Positions 38,111-53,634 of a DNA stretch of 64,000 nt are shown piece by piece. Both the position numbers and the translations under genes were made by a program. Origin of the DNA: Octopus sinensis (Eukaryota); contig NC_043012.1 of assembly GCF_006345805.1 (NCBI RefSeq), positions 5,580,001 to 5,644,000 of the forward strand, given 5' to 3'. The notes beneath the pieces are model-generated. The model searched no databases, had not been told where the DNA came from, and was given only the letters and a program-made list of their open reading frames with translations. Each line of letters begins with the position of its first letter. The stretch's first letter is position 1.

Positions 38111-38199
38111 AATGAGTGTGTGTATACGTATTAGTGTGTGTTTCAGTCGTCTTGTCTTTCAGGCGAGCAGTCCGACGATAATAGCCAAGGAATTGTGGG

Positions 38200-39544
38200 A
38201 TAGAAGCTAGTATATTTGAACAGGGGAGCCCTCTGCCTAGCTATGACTGTGACGTGGTATTTGCTTTCAGTCATATACAATAGTAATAATAATACAAGCA
38301 TGCACACACGTAGTGTATAGTGAAGAATTCACTACTTGGCCGTCTAGCACAGACTATGACAATAATTGCTGCTTGCCATCAATAGTGGAGCAAGAAGCAA
38401 CTCTTGTACATTCTCCATTAGACACAAGCAAAATCCAACTTGTTGATTGATGCCAGAGAGCCAAGCAGAAGCATTTATCCAACATATTTTAAATGTACTT
38501 TTGGTCAGTTGAGGTTGTGCAACCAAGAGAGTAGATGTAGATCAATGGCAAAACAAATAGGATAAGACCCAATTTAATAAATCCTTAAAGTTATGTTCTG
38601 AGTGTATATTGCTTGAAGGAGACAAACTCATTCAAGAAGAATCATGAAATGGTCCCCAATGAATAAATATGGAATCATGAACATTTGAAGTCTGAAAATA
38701 CCAAAAGTGCCATGACAATGGAATCAGAAAACCCATTTTGGACCCAAGGCACTGCAACCCAAGTACAACCAGAGGGTGACTAGATAATTGCTAGTTTACC
38801 CTAAAGGTATGGACCCGGAAGTGAACATATGAATGATAGGTTTTAAACCATCTCCCCTATAAACTGACATGAATATAGTTTTAAACCATGTCCAGAATTC
38901 CATAAGAATGTATGCATACATAGACAAATGTCTGTAAAGAACAGAAGACGAGTTTCTTGTAAAAAAAACAACTAGGAATGTATTGAAGGGAAGTATTCGT
39001 ATAATCAACAATTACTATGTATGTAGTGTAAACACACAAGTCATCACAATTACTTGCTACCCTGAATGTGGGGGTAAAACTGGAATTTATTTAGAAGCCC
39101 AGATCAGATAATTTCTACACTTCCTTATATTTCAGGAAAAGGGGAAAAAATTGAACACAAAATTGTAAATTCTGAAATACAAAAGCATGTAACACAATAA
39201 TAAAATGTAAAAAGAAACTAAAAGACAATATTCTTCAATTAAAATGTTTTTATTTATATAAAAAATAATAAACAAAACAAGTAACCACGTGGGTTAATAG
39301 AATATCAACAACATATGCAACAAATGGTAACAATGCAATACATCACATAACATTATCTCACATTGAAGACATGTAAATATATGCATATATTATATATACA
39401 TGTATTATATATGTATAGATGGATATATATGCATATACATACACTAAAGTGTGTATATATGCGTATATACACAATGTAAGTATATATATATATATATATA
39501 CATATACACACACTGAAGTGTGTATATATGCGTATATACACAAG

Positions 39545-39582
<38 letters not shown>

Positions 39583-40128
39583 CGTGTTTCTTCACAGCAG
39601 AAACAATTCCCTATACAAACGCAATTGGCACAAGCTATATACATACAATAGCTAATTCAATGCAGAAAATAAGTGTATATACACTCTACATTACAAATAC
39701 AAATGTCACAAGAAACCGATGCATATAACAAGGGTATATATACAGTGTATAAAATTCTACAAAATCAACTCAAATACAGAAAATTGTAAATCGATCAAAC
39801 CCTATTAACGATGAATAGAAGCAATGTTTTAGTTCAATACAAGCACTACAGTTCCTAAAATGTGGCCAATATATAGATATGGCCATTGATAACATTTTTT
39901 TCGAGAAAATATTTTTTTTCGAAAAGAATTTTATCCTCACACCTGATATAGATATATTTATACATATATATCATCATCATCATTTAACGTCCGTTTTCCA
40001 TGCTAGCATGGGTTGGACGGTTCAACTGGGGTCTGAGAAGCCAGAAGGCTGCACCAGGCCCAGTCTGATCTGGCAGTGTTTCTACGGCTGGATGCCCTTC
40101 CTAACGCCACATATATATATATATATAT

Positions 40129-40175
<47 letters not shown>

Positions 40176-40515
40176 TACAGTCGCATATATAAAATTATAA
40201 TTACATCGGTATCTCACAACTCACAGCCACTAGCTTTCATCATCATCATCATCGTTTACCGTTCGCCTTCCATGCTGGCATGGGTTGGACGGTTTTGAAA
40301 TATGCTGGCCAGGCAGGAGCCTGCACCAGACTTGTTTTGGCATCGTTTTCTACGACTGGATGCTTACAAGTATACACACACAAATATATATTAACAATTT
40401 TTCCACGTTTTCTGGAAAGCTTGGAAATGATCACTTAACACATATCTAACCAGATATATATATTTATATATATATACATATATGGGTAAAACCAGTGTGT
40501 ATGTATGTGTATATA

Positions 40516-40575
<60 letters not shown>

Positions 40576-40819
40576 TATACATACACACACACACTGGTTT
40601 TACCCTTATTTTCTAATCTTATTCTGTCAGCATTTACCTCAATATCACTATTTCTTTTCAGTTTATAGTTTTAAATTACAAACTTTTGAAGCGCAACAAA
40701 GGCACACACATGTATATACACATATAGAGACACGCACATATATACAGGTACATTAGCATTCACAAGCGAACACATCCAGATGCACACATATCACACTATA
40801 TCCACAAATACATCAATAT

Positions 40820-40856
<37 letters not shown>

Positions 40857-42763
40857 CTTGAATTTACGAGCACACCCAACTCCACACTAACACAATCGTT
40901 TCGAACCCGGATTCACTGGGGCAGTTTCTGATGCGCCAAGCGAATTAAGAACACCATTTCCCCATGGACAGGACGCCAGTCCTTCACTCCAGCTCCAAGT
41001 TAACCTGACAGATACTCTTTCTGAAGTGACCAAGACAGGATCCACAAGAAATAAAGAGTTTTGATCAAGGACAACGCTTTGCTCAGGAATCGAACGCCCG
41101 ATTCTACGATCGCGATTTCAAAACTACGACCATTCATTGAAATATTACAAACAGATACTTATATATACCTAATTACCAACACATTCATATATAACAGTAG
41201 ACTAATACAATAATTAACGAGTTAATACCAATTAGATATAAACACACATATTTAACCAAATAAACATACGTACACATATATATACACACCGATATACAGA
41301 AATATGCATTTAAAGGTACAAAATGAACATACGCTTATATGTACATATTACACACACTCACATGCGCAATTCTTAAATTAAAACGTCTATTTACAATCAG
41401 AGAAAATACTGTATTGTTATATAATTTCATGAGAACTATCAATAACCAAACATTTACTAATAACGCATGTAAAATGTGATGCTGTGATGTTCATGCCTTC
41501 CCCACCAGCAGGATAAGGAATTCATTAATAGATTTAGAACTAATTTTGGACCTTTTTCGCTTTAAATAATATAGTAATGATATATACGAAATGTATGGCT
41601 TACTGATTTAATTTTTTTATATATAATTATATATCTCTGAAATCGATAAAAAAATGTATATTTTTTGTACGAAAAATTACATTTTTTCTCTATCGAAAAA
41701 TTGCAAAAATTAGAGAAACGCTAAAAACTTTTAAAAAGCCTCTAAAAAAATTAATTAGCAAAATGCTATATAATTAAGTATATACTATTTATGGATAATA
41801 AAGCAGTGATTAAAATTAGAAATCTTACGACGGAAGAAGTCAATGACAAATGAAGGTCATAGCGCCATATTTGTGATGTCTTCCTCCTTTCTGACGATGC
41901 TGAGCTTGATCACTGCAAATCTTCGTCTCTCTCAATGTTATACAATAAATATAAGTACGGACGAATAAATCCAACTAATTTTCTATCTGAAAACATAAAT
42001 TATTAATCTTTAGACCGAAAATACCAAGAGTTTAAAAAAAAAAAAAGGCGACGAGGAATTTCGACTTTTCTAAAAATATGCAAATTATGATAAATTTCTG
42101 GAAATAAGTTTTCGTAAAGCTATTATAAATGTCGATGGTTTTATAAAACAAGACCCACATTAAATGATCAGGTCTCATCGGACGTTTAAATCAGATGTGT
42201 ACGATTGTATATATGTATGTGCATACATGCATATATAGATGCGTGTGTGTGAGAGAGAAAAAAGTAAAGAATACAATATGAAATAATGAAGATTATCGCC
42301 ATTTTCTTTGCTCTTTCTTCATCAGAGTCGCCCCTAGTTTATTGTTGAAATGAGTTTGAGATGTGAGCTAAGTGTTTATAATACATAGATAAATCTAGGA
42401 GTGGTAAGAATTAAACATTGTGAACCTTTACGAGTGGATCTGTACAGATATACATACGTAATGTACCCAAATTTCTTGACTGTGTCCTGTATGCAATTCC
42501 ATTCGTTTCTTTCTTCATTTTAAAATTTAAAACCAGACGAAAGTTCCACGCGTTTGCCTTCATACAACAAGTGATCGCGGATGTGTGTAAAATTCAACCG
42601 ACAGCCACTTGTTCGTATAACAACTGCAATGGATAATAAAAAGAAGAGGCGATATGTTTGTTCTTGGTTTTCTTCTGCCTCTTACCGCACTGTCCGTCGA
42701 AGAAAGCTGGTAAAGCGAGCAGCAGTTAATCGAATACATGTCCTCACAGCTCCGAGTTGCCGC
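38200..42763 (-). ncRNA. Predicted spliced lncRNA in tandem upstream of CHD1 (exons 42686-42763, 41829-41986, terminal exon from 39171); 5' end possibly near 43.0 kb
   Basis: Acceptors tctcattcttttcag|, ttatgttttcag|, gcttttgtatttcag|; donors |gtaaga twice; exon 41829-41986 has stops in all three frames. Confidence 0.45.
40860..41130 (-). mobile_element. tRNA-derived SINE
   Basis: B-box-like gggcgttcgattcctgagcaaagcgttgtcc on the minus strand. Confidence 0.6.
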
Positions 42764-44579
42764 CTGAAAAGAATGAGATAGTTGCAAGTCTTGGATAGAA
42801 AACCAACAACGGGAGATAACTCTCTCACTCACGAACAATTGTTTTACAGCTTTAGTTTTTATTTTTCTATCAATAAATGTTCTATCAATACTTCAGAATT
42901 ATATTTTAATGAAATTTATAGAAATTCCTTCAGTTTGATTTTAAAATATTTGAATTTTTTCAAATTCGACAACATTTTACCTCAAGCTATATGACGTCAT
43001 GTTGTTGATGTGCCCTGTAACATGCATAATTCAATGGTCACAAGTTTTGAAGTAAAATCACAAAATAGTCAATTTTTTTCATAAAACTTTGTATATGGTT
43101 ATAATGTTTGTAACTTATCATTGTAATTTTTATAGAAAATTATTAATTTTTGTTTCTATAACTGTCTGAATAAGTGATATTTCTGCAGGACTGGTAACAT
43201 GAATACAAAGAAATTAACATGGAGGAAGGTTTGATAAAATTGAAGTTTTCATTTATTTATTTGTTTTTATACATTGTACACAATAATAATGAATATACAG
43301 CAATAAAACCTTTAAAAATTTCAAATGATTTACCAAAATTAATTCCATCTATGCTGAACTCGTTTCAAAAACGTATATCTTCAAATATTTGGAAATATAA
43401 GAGTATATGCAGAAACGGGGTTTATTATGATGTTAAGACTGATTTATGAAAGTACTGAAGTTAAAAGCATCAAAAATTATTTATTTTTCTCATTTGTGTC
43501 TAATTTAATGTTATTTTAATGCGAGAAAATAACGAAGAATAAAGATGCGTGTGTGCAGATGTGTGAGTGCGTGTTCGTGAGACAGTCATCTACAATCGAA
43601 TACTTTATGTTATTAAAATCCCTTAAATATTAATACCAAGAAGCAACCCCACTAAAATCTAATGAATAAATATGTATGAAACTTAATCATCAGTGTTTGT
43701 AAACGAATAGTCTTAAAATACTAGAAATAATATGAACTTGCATCAATGCAAATGGCTACCGATTGAAAGCCGACGCGAAAACCTGACATATTTTGTCATT
43801 TTCCTGCAATTCTCAGGAACATTAGATCACAAACACTTTTAAATCATGCGAAATGGTCACCTCTAAAATTAATAAACCGAATATACTATTAACTTCTTGC
43901 AGACGAAAGTGTGTTTGATTGAATTATCCCTAAATACACAAAATGTTATAAGCTGATATTATTATTTCATCAATATTTCTTGATAAAAACTTCTACGACT
44001 ACAAACAATTCGATTTTTTTTTTTAAATCTAAGCAAAGTATAAATTACTAACGAAAGGAGATTATAATTAAAAAATCACATCTTATAATAAATACATTGT
44101 ATCGTAAATGAAAGTAAAGGAAATGCTTCATGGTGTCTCGTTTAGCTTCAGTTTGAAAGCTGCCAATTCGATAATATATCATTTATATATTGACCTTACG
44201 GCTATTTATGATTATATATCTATATATTATTTAACATTAGTGATATACTTCATCTGATTAGAAGAATAAACATTGAGAAAACTCAACTCAAGCTAGTAAC
44301 AACGAATAAGTCGGACATTTTATTAGGTTTGGTGTCTAAAATTGTGATCAACACAAACTTTCATTCCAGCGATGTTGCACAGGGTTTCATGGTCTTATTC
44401 ATTTATTGATACAATCCTTATAAACTTCTAAATGTTGGAATGTTTCATAACACTTAAATATTCCTACACATTGTATTGCTATGAAAAAAAAAATAATTAG
44501 ATCAAGTACATGTTTATGTGTATAATAGCTGAGAGAAGTTAACTGCGTATATATATTTTCAGTGTTCATGGCTGTATAT

Positions 44580-46335
<1,756 letters not shown>

Positions 46336-46494
46336 CGCGTGTGCGCACATTCATATACTTATATAGACACAAAAACAAGCGTGTGACTATAAGCGCCATC
46401 CATACATCCATCCATCCGTCAACCCACCCATCCATCCCTGCAGCTTCCTGCCGCTTAAAGATATAAAAATACCTACACACATAGGTAGGTTGAT

Positions 46495-46890
46495 GCAAAC
46501 AGGAAGAATAGAACTCGAACTATGGGTATATGAATGCTTTACCTATAATTTAACAAAAGCAACAGAGTGACTCAAGGTCCGAAACACTCGAACCTTGAGT
46601 CACTCTGCCACATCTGCTAATGATATAGGTTTTGGGGATCTGATGATGCACCATAAAGCTAAACCCTTTATGAACGGGAAACCTAAGGTAATCCCATAAA
46701 CCGGCCTTCCTCATTTTTATCATATACTGCTCTACATCTTAGAGTGAGCTTCTTTCGGATTTGTTTCTTCAAACGATATATATACACAGGCACGCACACA
46801 CAGGTATGGTGATGTAATCAGAGGAAATAGAATTTAAAATATAAGTACCAACACACGAAACTCTCGGACCTTGAGTCACTCTGTTGCTTC
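46495..46890. repeat. Palindromic repeat family copy; 15-bp perfect stem at 46563-46607 and a third arm at ~46857-46887
   Basis: cagagtgactcaagg...ccttgagtcactctg; homologous to 21838-22035. Confidence 0.8.
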
Positions 46891-47044
46891 GTGGTAAGTA
46901 GCTCGCTTACCAACCACATGGTTCCGGGTTCAGTCCCACTGCGTGGCATCTTGGGCAATTGTCTTCTGCTATAGCCCCGGGCCAACCAATGCCTTGTGGG
47001 TGGATTTGGTACACGGAAACTGAAAGAAGCCTGTCGTATATATG

Positions 47045-47101
<57 letters not shown>

Positions 47102-47298
47102 TGTGTCTGTGTTTGTCCCCCTAGCATTGCTTGACAACCGATGCTGGTGTGTTTACGTCCCCGTCACTTAGCGGTTCGGCAAAAGAAACAAATAGAATAA
47201 GTACTGGGTTTACAAAGAATAAGTCCTGGGGTCAATTTGCTCGACAAAAGGCGGTGCTCCAGTATGGCGAAGTCAAATGACTGAAACAAGTAAAAGAG

Positions 47299-47333
<35 letters not shown>

Positions 47334-47738
47334 AAGTCTAGTACTTATTCTATCGGTCTCAGTTGCCAAACCGCTAAGTTACGGGAGCATTTTTTTACTT
47401 GTTTTAGTCATTTGACTGCGGCCATGCAGGTGCACCGCCTTTAGTCGAACATACCGACCCCATGACTTATTCTTTGTAAGCCTGGTACTTATTGTATTGT
47501 TGTCTTTTTCCGAACCGTTACGTGACGGGGACGCAAACACACCAACATCGGTAGTCAAGCGATGTTAGGGGAACAAACACAGACAAACAAACATATACAT
47601 ACATACATAAACTAAGTATCAGTTGCGTAGTGGGGTCTATCTAATGGACTATCCCCCTCCCCAAAAATTTCGGGCTTAGTGCCTAGAGTAGAAAAGAATA
47701 TACACATTCATATAAATATACATCTATATGAAATTATA

Positions 47739-48062
47739 TACGGTCCTTTTTTGGTTATCACACCCCCATTAAAAAATTAGGTTATCTCCCCTGATTAAAA
47801 AATTGCTTATAACTCAATAAAACAAAAAAAAAGGAAAAATTAATAAACATGAAAAGCGAAAAGATTAAACATTTTTATAAGAAATCATACCAGCCTATTG
47901 AAGAGGCCAAACGTCAACAATGTGTTGAAGTAGTGAACCAAAAGGATCTAATCCTTTTAATTCAATCTCTTGTCGCCATATAGACTCAATATTTTAGTGG
48001 GGAGATAACCCAATTTTAATGGCAATTTTTTAATGGGGGTGAGATAACCAAAAAGTACCTTA
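47739..48062. mobile_element. Tc1/mariner MITE with ~40-bp TIRs and TA TSD
   Basis: ta|tacggtccttttttggttatcacacccccattaaaaaatt ... aattttttaatgggggtgagataaccaaaaagtacctta|ta. Confidence 0.85.
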
Positions 48063-48540
48063 TAAACACATGCATGCCGGTACACAGTTTCACGACCTAC
48101 TGTGAGTTCCAGATCCAACATTGGCAAGGTTCCAGGTGTGGTAACACAAATGGGTTATTTTTCTTTACAGCTGTTTCAAACGTGTTTTTTTATAGATGAA
48201 TAAACTGATTACATCGCGAAAAACCGGGGTTTTTTTCGGGTGAATTAAAAACTTAAAATTTAAAACTTAATATTTGATTCGGAAAATACCAAGACGTTAA
48301 TTGTGTGTTTGACCATCTCATTTTGGCAACAAGTGAGAGAGTGAAGCCATACCGAATTATAGCCAGATATCAAATGGAAATCTTGAAAGGAAGCGTGAAA
48401 GAAAAAAAAATGTCAAAGGATAAAGCTTAAGAGGGGAACAGAGATAAAGAATAGGGGGTAAAGAAGTGTGTGTGTTTATGTACATCATACATACATACAT
48501 ACATACATACATACATACATACATACATACATACATACAT

Positions 48541-48715
48541 AGCAGGGTTGGCTAAAAAGTTCATAGGCTGACCAAGATATTCTCATGGAATGTGACCAGA
48601 TGAGGTATTATTTTTCAGCTAAGCTCCCACCCCTACTGTTCACACACTTCTTCCATCGGTGATGCCGTGCTTGACTCCCATTGGTGAAGGAACGATCAAC
48701 ATCAGTGGTGTGGGT
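48541..48715 (-). mobile_element. Mariner transposase 3'-end fragment with TIR
   Basis: Minus strand ...FTNGSQA-HRWKKCVN... resembles the mariner C-terminus; TIR-like ggttggctaaaaagttcataggctg. Confidence 0.65.
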
Positions 48716-51474
48716 AGGGGAGCCTGGTATGCATGGGCGACTGCTGGTCTTCCATAAACAACTTTGCCCGGACTTGTGCCTCGGAGGGTAACTTTCTAGG
48801 TGCAATCCCATGGTCACTCATGACCAAAGAAGTTCTCCTCCGATCTTATATTTGCTTATAGTTACTCGTAAGGCTTATCTGAAGACATTTAAAACCCTAC
48901 AGAAAACATGTTTAATATATGTGAAGGCTCGGTACATATTTCCAAAAGAGATTTAAAGGTCAATTTGTTTATTAAAGTGTCATTTTGGGCGAAAATTTGC
49001 CTATTTTTCAGCGATAATGCTTTCCTTTTATAGCTAAAGTTCGTTGACTATGATTCTCAGCATGACATTGCTGGAACGACAAACTAGACTTATAATTGTT
49101 ATATAACTGTATGCAGCCCTTCTGAAGGGGTTTGATTACTGAGAAACAGACTCACAGCTTTGGCAACTTTTCTTACCACAAAATCATTGATCGTTGTTTC
49201 ACTTCTTGGCTTTTTTTCTAATTCTGCTAGAGGCCTCAAATCCAAAGACGGAAACTATAAGAGGTCGCTTGTTTTACCTGGTAGTAACAGAACCGAATCT
49301 CCTTTGAATCATAGACTATTGTTTTGTGGTGAATCTTGCAGGCATGAAACGGAATTCGATCCACCATAGCCAAATTTAAATTAACACTTCAACAGAAATT
49401 TTCTCACGGTGGAGCAATCGTTTTTCTGTGACAGCAGTTTTACATTTGCCAGATTGCCTTAGCTAGGCCGAAATAATGTCTTCATCACTTGACCTTTCTA
49501 ACCTCTTCTATTTCACCAAAAGCTAGAATTAAGATAACAAGACAACCAACTAAATCTATTGTTCTCAACGATATGTCTATCCTTCTGGATAGTTATAAAA
49601 GCAAGAACCCCAAGCAAAAATCAGTCACTTGGTGACAACTGGGTTAGTCGGCTCATGACAACTCAATCCGTTAGTTAATGAATGACAAACTCGAATCATA
49701 GACAGCTACCATCAGCTAGGGAGCAGAACGCTAGAATCCTGATCCAAAGCAAGGCAGCTACTAAAGACAATGGTCAAATGGAGAAATGAAATTTACTGTC
49801 AGCAGCTGAGACCCAACTTCCCACACCCTCTAACTTTATCTACTCTGCACATTACCATATCTCTCCCTATGGTTTACTACTACAATTCGAACACACAGGC
49901 CGAAATTTACTTTTTTACTTCGCACGCTCTAGGCAAGGTATATTAGATATAACGGGTAAAAATAAATATTTCCTTCAGACTTCGTGCATTAATCATCTTT
50001 CACCTTTACATAATGGCAATCAACGAAGAACCAATCCTTACAAACTGATTACGACTCCGACATTTCATATTATTGTTTACTAATTAATTCCATCTGTTAC
50101 AGTTTTATACAGGAGATCAGCAGACAGAATGGCCTAAATATACAATGTCTAAAAAATAAGAAAATATAAACGTAGTTGAAATGCCGCTGATCATACGTCA
50201 GTTCTTTTGGAGTGAAACAACAACCAGTTCTGATAGAATTCGATTGATTCTAATTGATTACTGATTCTAGGTGATTATTAATGAAAGTCCAAATGCCAAC
50301 CCAGGGAAAAGAGCTGTTATCGTAAGTGTAGGAAAAAGACCAGGATTATTGATTTACATAAAACCTGATAGAGGTAAAGCTTAGAACGCGGGTATTCTTT
50401 CCAACGTCCCAGGACGTTTTGTAAGAACTTGCTCATGTTTTATTTTACTTGGTCATAAGGCGGTGAGCTCGTAAAATCGTCAGCGGATCAACAAAATATA
50501 TAGCAGCATTTCTTCCATTTCTTTACGTTCTGCGTTCAAATTCCGCCGAGGTTGACTTTGCTGCCATTCATCCTTTCGGAATCGCTAAAATAAGTAAATA
50601 CCAGTTGAACACTGGCGTCGATGTAATCAACCTAGTCCCTTTCTTGAAATAACTAGCATTGTGCCAAAGTTTGAATCCGTTTTATTTGAGCATAGTTCGT
50701 GTCTTTGCCTCACTAGTCGTTGCCCCACCACACTCCGGTTTGATTGACGTTGCTGAATATGTTTTGATCAAACAGACTCTCTTAGGCATTAGTTGATTTC
50801 AAAACCACTTTCCCTTATATCCTTCAATATCTCCAATTCCTCTCAACTTCACTTTTCTTTCTGTTATACACCTCTAAATCTCTTCACTTGTCCAATGTTT
50901 TTCGTTTCTTTTCTCTTTTTCTTTTTTCTTTTTCACAACAGACTTTGTTTTCCATTGATTTCATCAGCAAATTCCGCTTTTGCCTCCGATGAACGTACAA
51001 ATAATAGTTTCGAAAATTTACATCATCAGTGCTCATCCATGATAATACCCCGAGACAAAATTTTCACTTGGCAGTTTTGAAGTCCTACAATATTTCAACT
51101 TCAAACTTGATTCTAGGCTTGCCTGTCGCTAATAAGGTGCACTGGGGCGGCACTGCGCCCTCAATATTCAATGGTGCACGCTCAACTTTACTCCACTTTA
51201 GCATTATTACAATTTAGTACCAACTCAGAATATTCTGAAGCACCCCTAAGCACCAAAGTCTGGCGACGGGCCTGATTTTAGAGACATTTTGCTTCACCAA
51301 TGATTTCTGAATGCAGCATAAAAATGGCTGACGCTAAAATGTAACTGGATTTTTCTTTTTTTAGCTTATCAAATAAACAATTTTAGATGAATATAAAGGA
51401 AGAAGTATTGGTTTTAGGTACTTGATATCACGCTCAAATACGAATGATTTTTTTTCTTTTGGTTATATATTTAT

Positions 51475-52056
51475 AAACTAGAAAAGCACTCGGAGAGCGC
51501 AGACCTCCGCCAAACTGCTCATTTCCATCCATATACAGGCATGCTGAAAATCGCCAATTTCCCAAACCAACTCCGCAAAAACATAACCTCCTTGGCGGGG
51601 GTACAAAAAAAAATAACACAGCCATATGATTTTTTTTTTAAAAACCCTTTAAAAACAGGAATCATCTCAATAGTCAAAGCTTGTCATGTCATCCTCCGCA
51701 GACTTCTGCCAAGCAGTTCATTTTAAGATAGATACGCGAGTAAAATTACTAATAGAGAAACGAAAATAAACTTTGGAAACAGCTACGCCACCATACGTTA
51801 CGTGGAAACGATGAACGTGTTTTCAAGGGAGATAATCAAAGAACGTAACGTAAATATAACAAAGGAAAAATCCTTCAAGAATCCATAAAAATACCCTAAT
51901 CACTACCAAAATTTTATCATCTGTTACTTGTGTCATTACCAACTTTTCCTACAAGTTTCATCAAATACCGTTCACAACTTTTTGAGTTATTTTGCACACA
52001 GACGGACAAGCCAACGTCGATAAAAACATAACCTCCTTCCTTGACGGGGGTAATTA
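51475..52056 (-). mobile_element. Helentron-type non-autonomous element (HINE-like), with an internal second 5' end at ~51600
   Basis: Minus strand starts ttacccccgtcaagg..ggaggttatgtttt and ends cttggcggaggtctgcgctctccgagtgcttttctagttt (subterminal IRs plus 3' hairpin). Confidence 0.7.
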
Positions 52057-52499
52057 TTAAAATCCAGATATTGAAAGAAAATTATTATTTTTTTTAATCT
52101 ATTGGCAACATTTTTTTCATTACAACACGTCACTGAATTGTGAAATTAATCCGATGGACATAAGAGACTTGGTTGTACAGTCGATATAATGAATTATTGG
52201 GTGAACATCTTGAAGAAAGAAATTCCTTGGAGTTAAGATTTTGACTACTAATGATCGCCACGGCTGTTACAAGAGTTTTTGGTTTTCCCGCGTTCAGCCA
52301 TTCCTTCAAAGATGTGTGGTGTCGTGTGTGTGTGTGTGTGTGAAAACGAAGTCCCTTGGTGCGCGACAAAATTACTGTATTGGTCACGGTTCTTCGTAGT
52401 ATAAAAGATGTGTAGCGTATACTCTAGTGGAATCCCTCTTTCTTTTATTATATATACGTACATACGAAAGTAGCAGATAACAGCTAACCGTTCGACGCT

Positions 52500-53010
52500 A
52501 TCTGGACCCCGTTGTGTCCACCACTCTGATTGGTTGGTATTGGCACAATTTGTCTCTTAATCTATCGCGCCAATATGCAACCTAACCAATCGAAGTCCCT
52601 AAATAAGATCACGTGAGACAGTCTGTTCTAAACTCCAATTTGAGTCTACCGTTACCTATAAAAACTCAACTTCTCCTTGTCTCAAAGTCTTTGGTTCCAG
52701 ACCTTCTAAGGTCTAAACACTGACCACACGACACAGCCAGTTCCAGCGACGACGCCAGACAACACCCGTCCAACAGCATTACAGTGACCTCGATCTTCGT
52801 CGCCACCTTCATGTCTTTCACCAACGTCGTCAACAACATCTCTACGTACACAGAACCAGCCACACTGCACAGGTTCTAATATAGCGCTGTTCGTGAGCTA
52901 CCTCACCATGGTTAACAGCAAACATACAACCCACACAGATTGCATGTAAAAATATCAATAAATCTTTCATAAACCTTCTACTCAGTTGTGCCTCTCTTTT
53001 CCAACTGGCA
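52500..53010 (+). mobile_element. Solo-LTR-like cassette (5 CCAAT boxes, E-box, TATA at 52657, AATAAA at 52957)
   Basis: U3-R-U5-like motif order; TG...CA ends and TSD not resolved. Confidence 0.4.
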
Positions 53011-53634
53011 CATAATATGCATTATTTCAGCCTTCTGATATGCGCCAATATTAGATGATCAACACCACGCACCACTATCTATAGATGGAAATAGCAACTA
53101 TACCGAGAAATAATGTTTGTCGCCATTTTACTACTATTTTTAACCCCAAGAGGACGCCTCCTCTAGTTGGTTATTGATACAATCTGCACCCGATATACAT
53201 TGCAAGCAGAGGAGCGAATATCTACCATCTTCTAGCAACTTGACAGGACCACCAGACCAGGATGGTTTCGATCTCTTTTTGCCTATCCTCAGTGGTGGAC
53301 GCCCGTCCACTAGAGGTAGCAGTAGTTCACTCCAGTTTACAAAATACAAAAAAATGAGTGACAATCAATCACTTATACTTTCACTTCAGCTTGACATCAA
53401 CACACAAGAGTTACATGCTAAGAAGATACAAGTGAAATAATTTTAGTGTAAAGAGGAAGACGGTTTCCAAGCAGGGAAGAAATCAACCAAATACTACTCG
53501 GGATTCTAAAAGCTACAACTTTACAATGACTGGGCCTTCACTAGCTATTACCTGCGCTTACACAATATGAAAATTGTGGCAGGAAACTCTTGGCAGGGCA
53601 ATACTCAAGAGATGTAGATAAAGTCTGCTACAGG

